Below are positions 1 to 9,190 of a DNA stretch of 64,000 bases, piece by piece (position 1 is the stretch's first letter; every line of letters starts with the position of its first letter). Position numbers and translations under genes: made by a program. Below the pieces are notes generated by a model that saw only the letters and a list, made by a program, of their open reading frames with translations, did no database searches and had not been told where the DNA came from. The stretch comes from Muribaculaceae bacterium (lineage in GTDB: Bacteria > Bacteroidota > Bacteroidia > Bacteroidales > Muribaculaceae): contig VSPF01000001.1 in assembly GCA_009775195.1 (NCBI GenBank), positions 3,243 to 67,242 of the forward strand. The letters run 5' to 3'.

Positions 1-32
1 AAAATAAAACATAACATCAACAAATAAACGAC

Positions 33-194
33 ATGAAAAAGTTTTACGTCATCAAAAAATCTGCCGGATATGCTGTTAAATCATTCCGCGAGGTAACCTC
101 GGCCATTAGTTATGCTGCTCAATGCTGCAAGGCTAACAAGAACAACAACTATATGGTGTGCGTATATCAGAGTGGTGTACTTGTCGAAATCTAA
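33..194 (+). CDS. Small hypothetical protein (53 aa), mobile-element accessory gene; not in ORF track
   Basis: ATG at 33 after an A-rich leader, translates MKKFYVIKKSAGYAVKSFREVTSAISYAAQCCKANKNNNYMVCVYQSGVLVEI*; next ORF starts 5 nt after the stop. Confidence 0.65.
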   Translation: MKKFYVIKKSAGYAVKSFREVTSAISYAAQCCKANKNNNYMVCVYQSGVLVEI

Positions 195-199
195 TCATT

Positions 200-439
200 A
201 TGGCACGTTCAAGTAAAAACAAACCGGTTCCAGCAAAAGCCCGTGTGAAAGTCTTTACCGAAATGGGTAAGTGGTGCCTGTTTGAAATCAAAGGACTCAA
301 GGAGGGGACGGTTCTCTCCGGCATATTCAATCCAATTAACAAAGCATTCGATTTCAAGTGGAAGGGTGAAGATGCAATGTTGTGGATTGGCGAGAATGCA
401 GAATTGGTAGAAATTCAAAAACCTGTGTCTGACAAATGA
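200..439 (+). CDS. Hypothetical protein (79 aa), phage-like
   Basis: ATG at 200 (MARSSKNKPV...) preferred over the GTG at 158; ATGA overlap with the next gene. Confidence 0.7.
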   Translation: MARSSKNKPVPAKARVKVFTEMGKWCLFEIKGLKEGTVLSGIFNPINKAFDFKWKGEDAMLWIGENAELVEIQKPVSDK

Positions 440-693
440 AAAAGACAATATATATCATAATCCAAGACTGCTCCGATGATTATGACCGCAGTGTGGAGGT
501 AAAACCTTACGGCTCGCTTGATGAGGCCAGAGCAGAGTTCAAAACTCTTACTGACAATCGGCGAGTCGATGCAACTAATTTGGGTTGGAAAATCGAGGAA
601 GATACTCCAAATTGCTTTTCAGCATACGAGGACGGTTGTGAGTGCATCAATCATTGCCACATAATATTTCAGAGTTCAGAAATCAATATCTAA
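436..693 (+). CDS. Hypothetical protein (85 aa), phage-like
   Basis: Translationally coupled small acidic ORF in a tightly packed string of small genes. Confidence 0.7.
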   Translation: MKKTIYIIIQDCSDDYDRSVEVKPYGSLDEARAEFKTLTDNRRVDATNLGWKIEEDTPNCFSAYEDGCECINHCHIIFQSSEINI

Positions 694-696
694 GAT

Positions 697-1509
697 ATGT
701 TACCAAAAACGAAACAAGAGCCGGAAATGAAAAAGTTCTACTCGCCGGAGTATGGCTTTCTTCATGCCTGCAAAAAGGACGGCTCCCTGTGGTATAATCT
801 GACAGACCTATGCCAGACACTCTCGATGCTGTTGAGAGAGGCCGAGGCTCTTGTCAGAACGACCAGAGGACAAATCAGAGAGTTTAATGTCCGGCGACAA
901 AAAATCACCTCCTGTAATCGTTACATAGATCAGGACGGCCTGTTGACCCTCCTAATCGAATGTCGGAAAAATCAGGCAAACGGATATCGCAAGTGGATAG
1001 ATGGTGTGGTAACACATTCTCTGAACAATCCGTCGGACTCGCAGGAGTTGGAAGAAATTCCAGTTGACAGCGAAATGACCTCTTACGAGGTGCGACTGGC
1101 GTATATCGACCAATACCGCAAGAAGCAGAGAACAGGTAGGTCAAAGTCGGCATCTGCACGGTCGGCCCAGATGCAACCCTCACTATTTCCACAAGGCAGA
1201 GTGCGCCGTGAGGACGTGCGACAGATATGCTCTCCGGCGCAATCACAATCTCAATCCTCTAAACCATTCGTGCCGGCCGACGGCCATATGACGGTCGAGG
1301 ATTTCTTCAGGAAAGAAATGGCTTATCCTGAATTTATCTTTCATTTGGACGGTGCGCTCAAATCAGCCCGTCAATATATCAGAACCCTCTCCAAGAAGCA
1401 ACAGAAGATTGCACAGCAACACATAAACGTACTGACAGTGTTCCGGGGAATGTTGAAAGGGAACGCTGAAAATCTCCAATACCAACCAAGCGAGGCAGCT
1501 TGCTTATAA
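697..1509 (+). CDS. BRO-N domain protein (phage antirepressor-like)
   Basis: N-terminal FYSPEYGFL..KDGSLWYNLTDLCQTL...YIDQDGLLTLL..RKNQANGYRKWI resembles the Bro-N pattern. Confidence 0.7.
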   Translation: MLPKTKQEPEMKKFYSPEYGFLHACKKDGSLWYNLTDLCQTLSMLLREAEALVRTTRGQIREFNVRRQKITSCNRYIDQDGLLTLLIECRKNQANGYRKWIDGVVTHSLNNPSDSQELEEIPVDSEMTSYEVRLAYIDQYRKKQRTGRSKSASARSAQMQPSLFPQGRVRREDVRQICSPAQSQSQSSKPFVPADGHMTVEDFFRKEMAYPEFIFHLDGALKSARQYIRTLSKKQQKIAQQHINVLTVFRGMLKGNAENLQYQPSEAACL

Positions 1510-1543
1510 GCAAATAAGTTTTAAGAATGTGCATGACACATTC

Positions 1544-1572
1544 AGGCGTACCTCAATGAGTGTGCGCCTTTC
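1544..1572. terminator. Hairpin between convergent BRO gene and integrase
   Basis: AGGCGTAC-N10-GTGCGCCT followed by TTT. Confidence 0.5.
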
Positions 1573-1584
1573 CTCCAGCAAGGC

Positions 1585-2805
1585 TTACGCTTCAAGTTCA
1601 GAAATCAACTGCTCCATACTTTTGTCAGAGGCCACGGCGTCGAAAACTCTGCGTATGGCTTTGTCGGCCATTCTCTTGTTGACCCTGACATAAAACGATA
1701 AGGCCCTGTTAGAGGGTAACGGCGAGTCGCCAATGCAGTATTCAATTACCGAGTCCTTTATCATAAGTTCATTGGCGATCTGCGAGAATGTCTTACGAGC
1801 TGAATAAAATATCAGTTTTTCAAACCCGATTTTCGCCCTAAGTTTTTTCAGGTGGTCTGCATTGATATGTTGGATTGAGCGCTCGGTCGTAAAGTTGTTG
1901 AATTGCAGTTTACCCTCGGCGGTCAGGTATTTGTCGAGAATGGCTCTCGCCTCCGGCTGTATGGTGAACTCTGTTGTATCGTTGGCATCGCGTCGCTTGA
2001 AAGTCTTTTGTCTGATGAAACTCACGGAGTCTTTCGTTAGGTCGAGCCGCAGAATGTCAGCCAAGTTCATGCCGCATAAATAGAAACTCAACATAAAGAG
2101 GTCGCGGGCATAAACCTCCCACTTGTCAGTAAGTTCCATGTCGCGCATTTTGCGGAGTTGGTCAAGAGATAGAGCAATATCCCTGCGGGCCGATTTGACG
2201 GTCTTGTAGTCCAAAAAGGGATAAACTTTATACTTGACATATCCATGCCGGATAGCATACTTGACCAATCTCTTCAACGACTCCATGCGCATACCGACAG
2301 TGGTCTGTGAATAGCCTAACTTTTCCAAGAACTTATGATAGGCTACCACGTTGTCGTGGGTCAGTGTGCAGAGAACGAAATCTTTTCCGGCGTATTCAAT
2401 GAACCGCCTTATCCCTTGCTTGAAGCCGGCCACAGTTGATTTAGACCATGCGTGTTCTCGATTGGCAAGCATATCTTCCGAAATCTGCTCGACGGTCTTT
2501 AATCCTGTGTTCTGCTCTTGCCGTTTGGTGAGCATATTGACCAGTTGGGCGCAAGTGTAGTAGTCGATGTCCTCCAATTCATCACACGCCTTATAAAAGT
2601 CATTCATGCGTGTGCGGAGTTGGAGATTTATGTATTGAGCATTCGGCACTCCCACTACATTACCGTTTTTCAGGTTCTTTGGACTGGGAACCGTGAAGCG
2701 GGTAGGTATGTAGCGAGTCTGCGAGTTATGGCTGACGGCAATCCTCAATTTGTGGGAGCCGTCGGCCAGCACTTTTAGTGGTAATATGACTATTCTGATA
2801 TTCAT
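1585..2805 (-). CDS. Tyrosine recombinase / phage integrase (Bacteroidetes arm-binding + SAM-like + catalytic)
   Basis: N-terminal 'LADGSHKLRIAVSHNSQTRYIPT' arm-binding-like segment; ARDLFMLSFYLCGMN, RQKT, YSARKTF and a C-terminal Tyr; likely ATG at 2805. Confidence 0.9.
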   Translation of the reverse strand: MNIRIVILPLKVLADGSHKLRIAVSHNSQTRYIPTRFTVPSPKNLKNGNVVGVPNAQYINLQLRTRMNDFYKACDELEDIDYYTCAQLVNMLTKRQEQNTGLKTVEQISEDMLANREHAWSKSTVAGFKQGIRRFIEYAGKDFVLCTLTHDNVVAYHKFLEKLGYSQTTVGMRMESLKRLVKYAIRHGYVKYKVYPFLDYKTVKSARRDIALSLDQLRKMRDMELTDKWEVYARDLFMLSFYLCGMNLADILRLDLTKDSVSFIRQKTFKRRDANDTTEFTIQPEARAILDKYLTAEGKLQFNNFTTERSIQHINADHLKKLRAKIGFEKLIFYSARKTFSQIANELMIKDSVIEYCIGDSPLPSNRALSFYVRVNKRMADKAIRRVFDAVASDKSMEQLISELEA

Positions 2806-2809
2806 AATT

Positions 2810-2868
2810 CCGACAATAAAACGACAATAATAAGCCGTCGGTTTAGTGCCGGACAACAATCTGACAAC
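2810..2868. repeat. Putative integrase arm-type binding repeats (GACAA-core direct repeats)
   Basis: CCGACAATAAA ACGACAATAAT ... GGACAACAAT CTGACAAC immediately upstream of the integrase. Confidence 0.55.
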
Positions 2869-3087
2869 CGAAAACCCTCCAGATGTAGGGGTGATTTTTG
2901 CCTATTACTCTGAATGTCAATATAGTTAGTTGAAATTAAGCCAGTTGCGGAGGCTAACGCAGATACTCGTAGAGTATCTCCATAATGCCGCAAAGTTACG
3001 AAAAAATTCTATAATCATTCAGTATGCGCAACCGAAAGGGTGTAATTAGTCTCATAAAACAAACTTTTTATCTAAACATTTTGTTGA

Positions 3088-3110
3088 TAGTACTAAAAAT
3101 AGTATCTTTG
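3088..3110 (+). promoter_or_regulatory. hicAB promoter (-7 TATCTTTG) overlapped by a palindromic operator
   Basis: TACTA-AAAA-TAGTA (3091-3104) overlaps the TAnnTTTG box (3103-3110). Confidence 0.55.
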
Positions 3111-3135
3111 CATATCATTTCAAATTGACTTTAAA

Positions 3136-3387
3136 ATGAGTAAGAAAGAGAAATTGATTGCAAGGCTCCTAAGCCGGCCTAAGGACTTTCTATATGACGA
3201 GGCTAAAACACTTCTGCAATATTTTGACTTTATAGAAAATCACAAAGGCAAGACTTCAGGTTCGAGAGTGGAGTTTATAAGAGGCAACGACACAATCTTA
3301 CTTCACAAACCCCACCCTTCAGGGGAGCTTAAAAGCTACCAAATAAAACAATTAATAGACTTTTTAAAAGAATTAAAATTAATCTGA
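3136..3387 (+). CDS. hicA: HicA family toxin (type II TA)
   Basis: 83 aa, GKTSGSRVEF...LHKPHP..ELKSYQIKQ signature; upstream of hicB. Confidence 0.9.
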   Translation: MSKKEKLIARLLSRPKDFLYDEAKTLLQYFDFIENHKGKTSGSRVEFIRGNDTILLHKPHPSGELKSYQIKQLIDFLKELKLI

Positions 3388-3388
3388 C

Positions 3389-3739
3389 ATGGGAATGTTA
3401 AAATACAAAGGATATACAGGCTCAGTAGAGTTTAGCAACGAGGACAATTGTCTTTATGGCAAGGTGCAAGGCCTCCATGGGACCATTATCTCTTACGAGG
3501 GTACTACTATTGATGAAATTCGCTCCGATTTCGAAGGTGCAGTAGATGACTATCTTGCAAGTTGCGAAAGCAGAGGCATTACTCCGGCAAAACCATATAG
3601 TGGGAAATTGGTACTCCGTATTCCATCAGAACTACACGAAAGAGTGGCAGCTGCAGCAATAGCCGCAGGCACTACTATAAACGATTTCATTAACAAGGCG
3701 CTCACCAATGAAGTCGACAATCTAACGATTGTGGGATAA
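3389..3739 (+). CDS. hicB: HicB family antitoxin with C-terminal RHH
   Basis: YKGYTGSVEFS..D..LYGKV...FEGAVDDYL...KPYSGKLVLRIPSELH. Confidence 0.9.
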   Translation: MGMLKYKGYTGSVEFSNEDNCLYGKVQGLHGTIISYEGTTIDEIRSDFEGAVDDYLASCESRGITPAKPYSGKLVLRIPSELHERVAAAAIAAGTTINDFINKALTNEVDNLTIVG

Positions 3740-3784
3740 CAAACGTCATTAGTTCATCCCAGCCACACCAACCATTGACTCAAT

Positions 3785-3860
3785 GTGACAAATATAGAAA
3801 AACGAAGAGCAATATCAGCTGACGCTTAAGCGTGTAGTGGAGGAACTAATAGAAAAGCAT
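3785..3860 (+). pseudogene. Frameshifted remnant resembling a HigA-type antitoxin N-terminus
   Basis: GTG ACA AAT ATA GAA (+1 A) AAC GAA GAG CAA TAT... reads MTNIENEEQYQLTLKRVVEELIEK. Confidence 0.45.
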
Positions 3861-4022
3861 CGATACGAAAAAACCTCTATTAAAAATATAATTCAATGTA
3901 AGTTTGGTAAAAAAGAGAAAAAATCACTAACTTTGTAACGAGTATGTGCGGAGATGTGTATATCTCTGCCCATTATTCGCACCAACACGTTTTAAATAAA
4001 CTCATTACATATCTCTGCAGCA

Positions 4023-5789
4023 ATGCTAAAACGATTTTTTATCTCGATGCTCGGCACTATGGCCGGCTTGTGGGTGGCACTATTTCTATTGTTTTTCGCC
4101 GGGATGCTCGCCCTGGGCATAGCCATAGGCAAAGGCAGCGGCGACAGCATGGTAAAAGTTGAAAAACACTCGGCCCTATATTTCGACCTGTCCGGCGAAG
4201 TTGCCGAGAGGGTGCAGCCTGCCGATTTCATGCAACTGTTGCAACAGGCCGAAAACAACACACCCACACTCGAGGATATGCTCCTGGCACTGAAAGCCGC
4301 TGCCGACGACGACAAAATCGAAGGCCTCTATCTCAACTGCTCGGGCGCAGCCATGGGCATGGCCGCCCGCGAGGAACTGCTCGAAGCCATATACGCCTTC
4401 CAGGAGTCGGGCAAATGGGTATACGCCTATTCCGACAACTACGGCGAGGGCGACTATATGATTGCCACCACTGCCGACTGCGTAGCCCTCAACCCCGTCG
4501 GCTCTATCGACATACACGGTCTTGGCGGCATGTCGCCATTCTTCAAGGGCCTGCTCGACAAAGTCGGCATAAAGATGCAGATTATCAAAGTAGGCACATA
4601 CAAGAGCGCCGTAGAGCCGTTTATACTCACATCGATGAGCGAACCGGCAAAAGAGCAGATGCAGCAGTACCTCGACTCGATATGGAGCTACATGTCGGCC
4701 ACCATGGCCGACAATCGCGGCCTCAGCGTCGACAGCATACGCGCCATGGCATCGCAGATGATTTCTACACGCCAGGCCGAGACTTTTATCGCCGACGGCC
4801 TCGCCGACACGCTGGTTTACCGCCGCCAAAGCGACGACATATTGCGCGACTACCTCGGCCTCGATGCCGACAAAGACCTACGCCTCGTAACCCCGGCAGA
4901 CTATCTGACAGCCAAGAACATCATCAACGACAAAGGCGGCAGCGACCACATAGCCATATTATATGCCATAGGCGACATTTCTGACAGCGGCAAGGAAGGC
5001 ATCGTAGGCCCCGACATGGTGGGCAATATCGTGAGCCTTGCCAACGACGACCACGTAAAAGGCATGGTATTCCGCGTCAACTCTCCCGGCGGCAGCGCTT
5101 TTGCCTCGGAGCAGATTTGGGAGGCCCTCGAGTATTTCAAGAGCAAGGGCAAGCCCCTATATGTGTCGATGGGCGACTATGCCGCATCGGGCGGTTACTA
5201 TATAAGCTGCGGTGCCGACTCAATCTTCGCCGACCGCACCACCATCACAGGCTCAATCGGCGTCTTCGGCATGATACCCGACCTCTCGGGCCTCGTGACC
5301 GACAAACTCGGCGTGACATTCACCACAGTGGAGACCAACCCCAACGCCGCCGGCATCAACGGTCTCGAGCCGATGACTCCCGCGCAGCACGCCGCCATGC
5401 AGCAGAGCGTCGACAATATCTACGAACTCTTCACGAGCCGTGTCGCCCAGGGACGCGGACTGAGCCAGGACTATGTCAAGAGCATTGCCGAAGGCCGCGT
5501 ATGGGTAGGCACATCGGCCCTGCGCCTCGGACTCGTCGATGCCATAGGCTCGCTCGAGACGGCAGTCTATGCCATGGCTTACGACTTAGACCTCAACGAG
5601 ACCGACGTGGTGCGCTACCCCAAGACCGAAAGCAACATCTGGGAACAGGTAATACGCCAGGCCGGCGGCATCGACCAGCTCAAGGCAGCCGGATATGATG
5701 CCGAGACTATGCGCTATATCAACACCGTGCGCCGCATCACCACCGCCAACCCAATACAGGCACGCATCGAGCCGATAATATTCAAATAA
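4023..5789 (+). CDS. sppA: Signal peptide peptidase SppA (protease IV, 67K type)
   Basis: KVGTYKSAVEP, RVNSPGGSAFAS, SMGDYAASGGYYIS, TGSIGVFG. Confidence 0.95.
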   Translation: MLKRFFISMLGTMAGLWVALFLLFFAGMLALGIAIGKGSGDSMVKVEKHSALYFDLSGEVAERVQPADFMQLLQQAENNTPTLEDMLLALKAAADDDKIEGLYLNCSGAAMGMAAREELLEAIYAFQESGKWVYAYSDNYGEGDYMIATTADCVALNPVGSIDIHGLGGMSPFFKGLLDKVGIKMQIIKVGTYKSAVEPFILTSMSEPAKEQMQQYLDSIWSYMSATMADNRGLSVDSIRAMASQMISTRQAETFIADGLADTLVYRRQSDDILRDYLGLDADKDLRLVTPADYLTAKNIINDKGGSDHIAILYAIGDISDSGKEGIVGPDMVGNIVSLANDDHVKGMVFRVNSPGGSAFASEQIWEALEYFKSKGKPLYVSMGDYAASGGYYISCGADSIFADRTTITGSIGVFGMIPDLSGLVTDKLGVTFTTVETNPNAAGINGLEPMTPAQHAAMQQSVDNIYELFTSRVAQGRGLSQDYVKSIAEGRVWVGTSALRLGLVDAIGSLETAVYAMAYDLDLNETDVVRYPKTESNIWEQVIRQAGGIDQLKAAGYDAETMRYINTVRRITTANPIQARIEPIIFK

Positions 5790-5846
5790 GCCTGACCGGG
5801 GTATTAGTTATCAGAGTCGAATTCGAACTGCGATTTAAATGAACTG

Positions 5847-6950
5847 ATGAAAAACAACAGCATACTGTCGAAAATTATACTGTTGCCCTGCTCCAAACTC
5901 TACGGAGCAGCTACATTTATGCGCAATAAATTTTTTGACTGGCACATACTCAAAGAAGTCGAGTTCGACATACCCGTAATCGCCGTCGGCAACCTCGCCG
6001 TCGGCGGCACAGGCAAAACCCCTCACGTAGAATATATAGTAGACAAGATGCGCCGCAACCGCAAGGTTGCCGTACTCAGCCGTGGCTACAAGCGCGAGAC
6101 TCACGGCTTTGTAATGGCCGGGCGCAACTCTATGCCACGCGACATCGGCGACGAGTCATACCAAATCTATCGCAAATTCGGCGGCGAAGTAATCGTGGCC
6201 GTTTGCGAAGACCGCGTACACGGCATACGCGAACTGCTGCGCACAAACCCGTCTATCGAGATGATAGTGCTCGACGACGCCTTCCAACACCGCTATGTCA
6301 AGCCGACAGTATCGATAGTCATCACCGAGTACTCGCGGCCGGTCTACGAAGACGCGATGCTGCCCTACGGGCGCCTGCGCGAACCGGCACGCGGGCTAAA
6401 CCGCGCGAATATGGTAATCGTGGGCAAGTGCCCCGACACCCTCAAGCCCGCCGACTACCGAGCCGAAATCAACCACTACAACGTCATGCCGTGGCAATAC
6501 CTCTTCTTCTCGCACATCAACTACCAGCCCCTCGCCCCGGTATTTGACGACGTGGCCACGTCGGTGCCCTATCTCGACTGGCTCAACGAGGGCGACTCGG
6601 TATTGGCAATAGCCGGCATCGGCAACCCAAGGCCGTTTATAAAGCATATCAAGAGCTATCAGGCCAAGGTGAAGGTCGACATCTACCCCGACCATCACCA
6701 ATACACCAAGAAAGATATCGACCACATACTGGCGCGCTACAAGCAGCTCAAAGGCTGGCAGCGCATCATCATCACCACAGAAAAAGACGCTGTGCGCCTG
6801 GCCGCAAACCCCTACTATCCCCACGAGCTACGCGCCGTGACTTTCTATCTGCCCGTCAAGGTAGAGTTCGAATACCCGGTGCAGCAACCGACATTCGAAG
6901 AAGCCATCGAAAAGGTAATACGCGAAAAAATGCGTTCGCGTCAGCAATAA
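5847..6950 (+). CDS. lpxK: Tetraacyldisaccharide 4'-kinase
   Basis: VGNLAVGGTGKTP, LSRGYKR, GDE, LDDAFQHR, TTEKDAVRL. Confidence 0.95.
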   Translation: MKNNSILSKIILLPCSKLYGAATFMRNKFFDWHILKEVEFDIPVIAVGNLAVGGTGKTPHVEYIVDKMRRNRKVAVLSRGYKRETHGFVMAGRNSMPRDIGDESYQIYRKFGGEVIVAVCEDRVHGIRELLRTNPSIEMIVLDDAFQHRYVKPTVSIVITEYSRPVYEDAMLPYGRLREPARGLNRANMVIVGKCPDTLKPADYRAEINHYNVMPWQYLFFSHINYQPLAPVFDDVATSVPYLDWLNEGDSVLAIAGIGNPRPFIKHIKSYQAKVKVDIYPDHHQYTKKDIDHILARYKQLKGWQRIIITTEKDAVRLAANPYYPHELRAVTFYLPVKVEFEYPVQQPTFEEAIEKVIREKMRSRQQ

Positions 6951-7025
6951 ATGCCCTCAAAACCGAACCCGGCCCAATGCGCCGGTGTTAATCTGAAAGT
7001 AACAAACATAAAACAAGCTACCCCT

Positions 7026-7838
7026 ATGCTCGAAAAAATCAAACAAACCGCCGACTTCCTGCGCCAGCGCGCCGGCGAGATGCCCAAACTTGCCATCATC
7101 CTCGGCACCGGCCTTGGCAACCTTGTCGACCATATCGAAGAAAAACTCTATATACCCTACTCCGAAATACCCAACTTCCCCGTCTCGACCGTACAGGGCC
7201 ACAGCGGCAACCTGATTTTCGGCAAGATGGGCGGCAAGCGCGTCATGGCCATGCAGGGCCGCTTCCACTACTACGAAGGCTACGACATGAAGGCTGTCAC
7301 CTTCCCCGTGCGCGTTTTCAAGGCCCTCGGTGTAGAGACACTCTTCGTCAGCAACGCTGCCGGCGGCATGAACAAGGAATTTAAAGTAGGCGACGTGATG
7401 ATTATCACCGACCACATCAACCTCTTCCCCGAAAATCCCCTGCGCGGCAAAAACCACGACGAACTCGGCCCGCGCTTCCCGGCAATGACCGAGGCTTACG
7501 ATAAAAAACTGGTGGCTCTCGCCGACCAGATTGGCACCGAGAAGAGTCTGCGCCTGATGCACGGCGTATATATCGGCACACCCGGCCCCACATTTGAGAC
7601 TCCGGCCGAATATGAGTACTTCCGTATCATCGGCGGCGACGCCGTGGGTATGTCGACCGTGCCCGAAGTCATTGTCGCAAACCATGCCGGCATGCGCGTG
7701 TTCGGCCTGTCGGTAATCACCGACCTCGGAGGCAAAGACATCACCGAAGTGCCCACCCACGAAGAGGTACAGAAAGCCGCAATCAAAGCCCAGCCCACTG
7801 TCGAAGCCATCGTCAAGGAGATGGTAGCACGCTGCTAA
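7026..7838 (+). CDS. punA: Purine-nucleoside phosphorylase (trimeric type)
   Basis: IILGTGLG, MQGRFHYYEGY, GPTFETPAE, GMSTVPE; start set at MLEKIKQ (7026). Confidence 0.93.
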   Translation: MLEKIKQTADFLRQRAGEMPKLAIILGTGLGNLVDHIEEKLYIPYSEIPNFPVSTVQGHSGNLIFGKMGGKRVMAMQGRFHYYEGYDMKAVTFPVRVFKALGVETLFVSNAAGGMNKEFKVGDVMIITDHINLFPENPLRGKNHDELGPRFPAMTEAYDKKLVALADQIGTEKSLRLMHGVYIGTPGPTFETPAEYEYFRIIGGDAVGMSTVPEVIVANHAGMRVFGLSVITDLGGKDITEVPTHEEVQKAAIKAQPTVEAIVKEMVARC

Positions 7839-7842
7839 AACT

Positions 7843-8901
7843 ATGTCAGAAATATCTTCATTAGGCGAATTCGGCCTTATCGACCGCCTTACCGAAGGTC
7901 TCGAAATCACAAACAGTTCAACCTCGGTAGCCGTCGGCGACGATGCCGCCATACTCAACTACCCGGCCGATAGCGACATACTCGTCACAACCGACCTACT
8001 GCTCGAGAATGTGCACTTCGACCTGACCTACGTGCCCCTCAAGCACCTGGGCTACAAGGCTGCCGTGGTCAACTTCTCCGACGTATACGCCATGAACGGC
8101 CAGCCCCGCCAAATCACGGTGTCGCTCGGCATATCGAAGCGCTTTACCGTAGAGCATATCGAGGAGCTCTATGCCGGCATACGCATAGCCTGTATGCAAT
8201 ACGGCGTAGACATTGTCGGGGGAGACACCACCGCCTCGCACCAGGGCCTGGTAATATCTATCACGTGTATCGGCGAGGCTCCCAAGGGTAAGGCCGTGCG
8301 GCGCAACGGTGCCCGCGATACAGACCTAATCTGCGTCAGCGGCGACCTGGGAGCGGCATACATGGGCCTCCAGTTGCTCGAACGCGAAAAAGTGGCATCG
8401 GCCGGACAAAAAGATTTCGAGCCCGACTTTGCCGGCAAGGAATACCTCGTAGAGCGCCAGCTCAAACCCGAGGCCCGCCGCGACATCATCGAAGAGTTGG
8501 CAAATGCCGGCATCGTGCCCACGGCCATGATGGATATAAGCGACGGACTTTCGTCAGAACTTATACATATATGTAAGGACAGCCACACCGGGTGCCGCGT
8601 GTACGAAGACCGCATACCTATCGACTACCAGACCGCCATAATGGCCGAGGAACTGAACATGAACCTCGTGACGGCCGCTCTAAATGGAGGCGAAGACTAC
8701 GAGCTATTGTTTACCGTACCACTCACCGACCACGAAAAGGTAGAGAAATTAAAGGGTGTCAAAGTCATCGGCTACATCTGCAAGGAAGAGCTCGGCTGTG
8801 CGCTTGTCACTCGCGACGGCGGCGAAATACGCCTCCGCGCCCAAGGCTTCAACCCCCTCAAAGAAGACGAAACCCAGCAAGAAGACCAAGCACCAAATTG
8901 A
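7843..8901 (+). CDS. thiL: Thiamine-monophosphate kinase
   Basis: GEFGLI, GDDAA, NFSDVYAMNG, GGDT, DISDGL, GGEDYELLFT. Confidence 0.95.
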   Translation: MSEISSLGEFGLIDRLTEGLEITNSSTSVAVGDDAAILNYPADSDILVTTDLLLENVHFDLTYVPLKHLGYKAAVVNFSDVYAMNGQPRQITVSLGISKRFTVEHIEELYAGIRIACMQYGVDIVGGDTTASHQGLVISITCIGEAPKGKAVRRNGARDTDLICVSGDLGAAYMGLQLLEREKVASAGQKDFEPDFAGKEYLVERQLKPEARRDIIEELANAGIVPTAMMDISDGLSSELIHICKDSHTGCRVYEDRIPIDYQTAIMAEELNMNLVTAALNGGEDYELLFTVPLTDHEKVEKLKGVKVIGYICKEELGCALVTRDGGEIRLRAQGFNPLKEDETQQEDQAPN

Positions 8902-9009
8902 CAAAAAAAACAAGAGTTGTGTCAAAATGAGAAGTCGTCGGAGACGACGCTTTTGTGGTTAACACCACCATCATTGGTGGGGACTGACTAAAATCTCTAA
9001 GACAAAAGA

Positions 9010-9062
9010 CCTCGCAGAGGTCGCAAACGACATATTCCCAGCCGATTGCGACCTCTCCGAGG
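9010..9062 (-). terminator. Long hairpin between convergent thiL and lipoprotein operon
   Basis: CCTCGCAGAGGTCGCAA / TTGCGACCTCTCCGAGG (16/17 complementary), followed by TCTTTT on the minus strand. Confidence 0.65.
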
Positions 9063-9078
9063 ATTATTATCAATAACA

Positions 9079-9117
9079 GTTCGGCCGGCGCGTGGGTGCA
9101 TGCCATATCTGAACTAC
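9079..9117. repeat. Imperfect direct repeat, copy 1 (partner at 10997-11033)
   Basis: GTTCGGCCGGCGCGTGGGTGCATGCCATATCTGAACTAC; 32 of 39 aligned positions identical to copy 2. Confidence 0.75.
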
Positions 9118-9190
9118 ATCCATGTTAGCCCCAGTATTCCGAACGGCACGTAAAGTGTTGTGTGATGTCGGTAAACACGAAAGTAGTAGA

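Larger units (their letters stand above)
1..2954. mobile_element. End of a prophage or integrative element (continues beyond window start)
   Basis: Small-ORF string + BRO-N + integrase + arm-type repeats + att-like core; AT-richer than the core genes from 4023 on. Confidence 0.75.

Noticed and set aside
2802..2993. 63-aa ORF upstream of the integrase as an excisionase
   Set aside because: No HTH pattern; it spans the att-like and arm-repeat DNA
8913..8935. GAGTTGTGTCAAAATGAG resembles an IS/MITE terminal repeat
   Set aside because: I saw no partner inverted repeat, transposase or target duplication in the window
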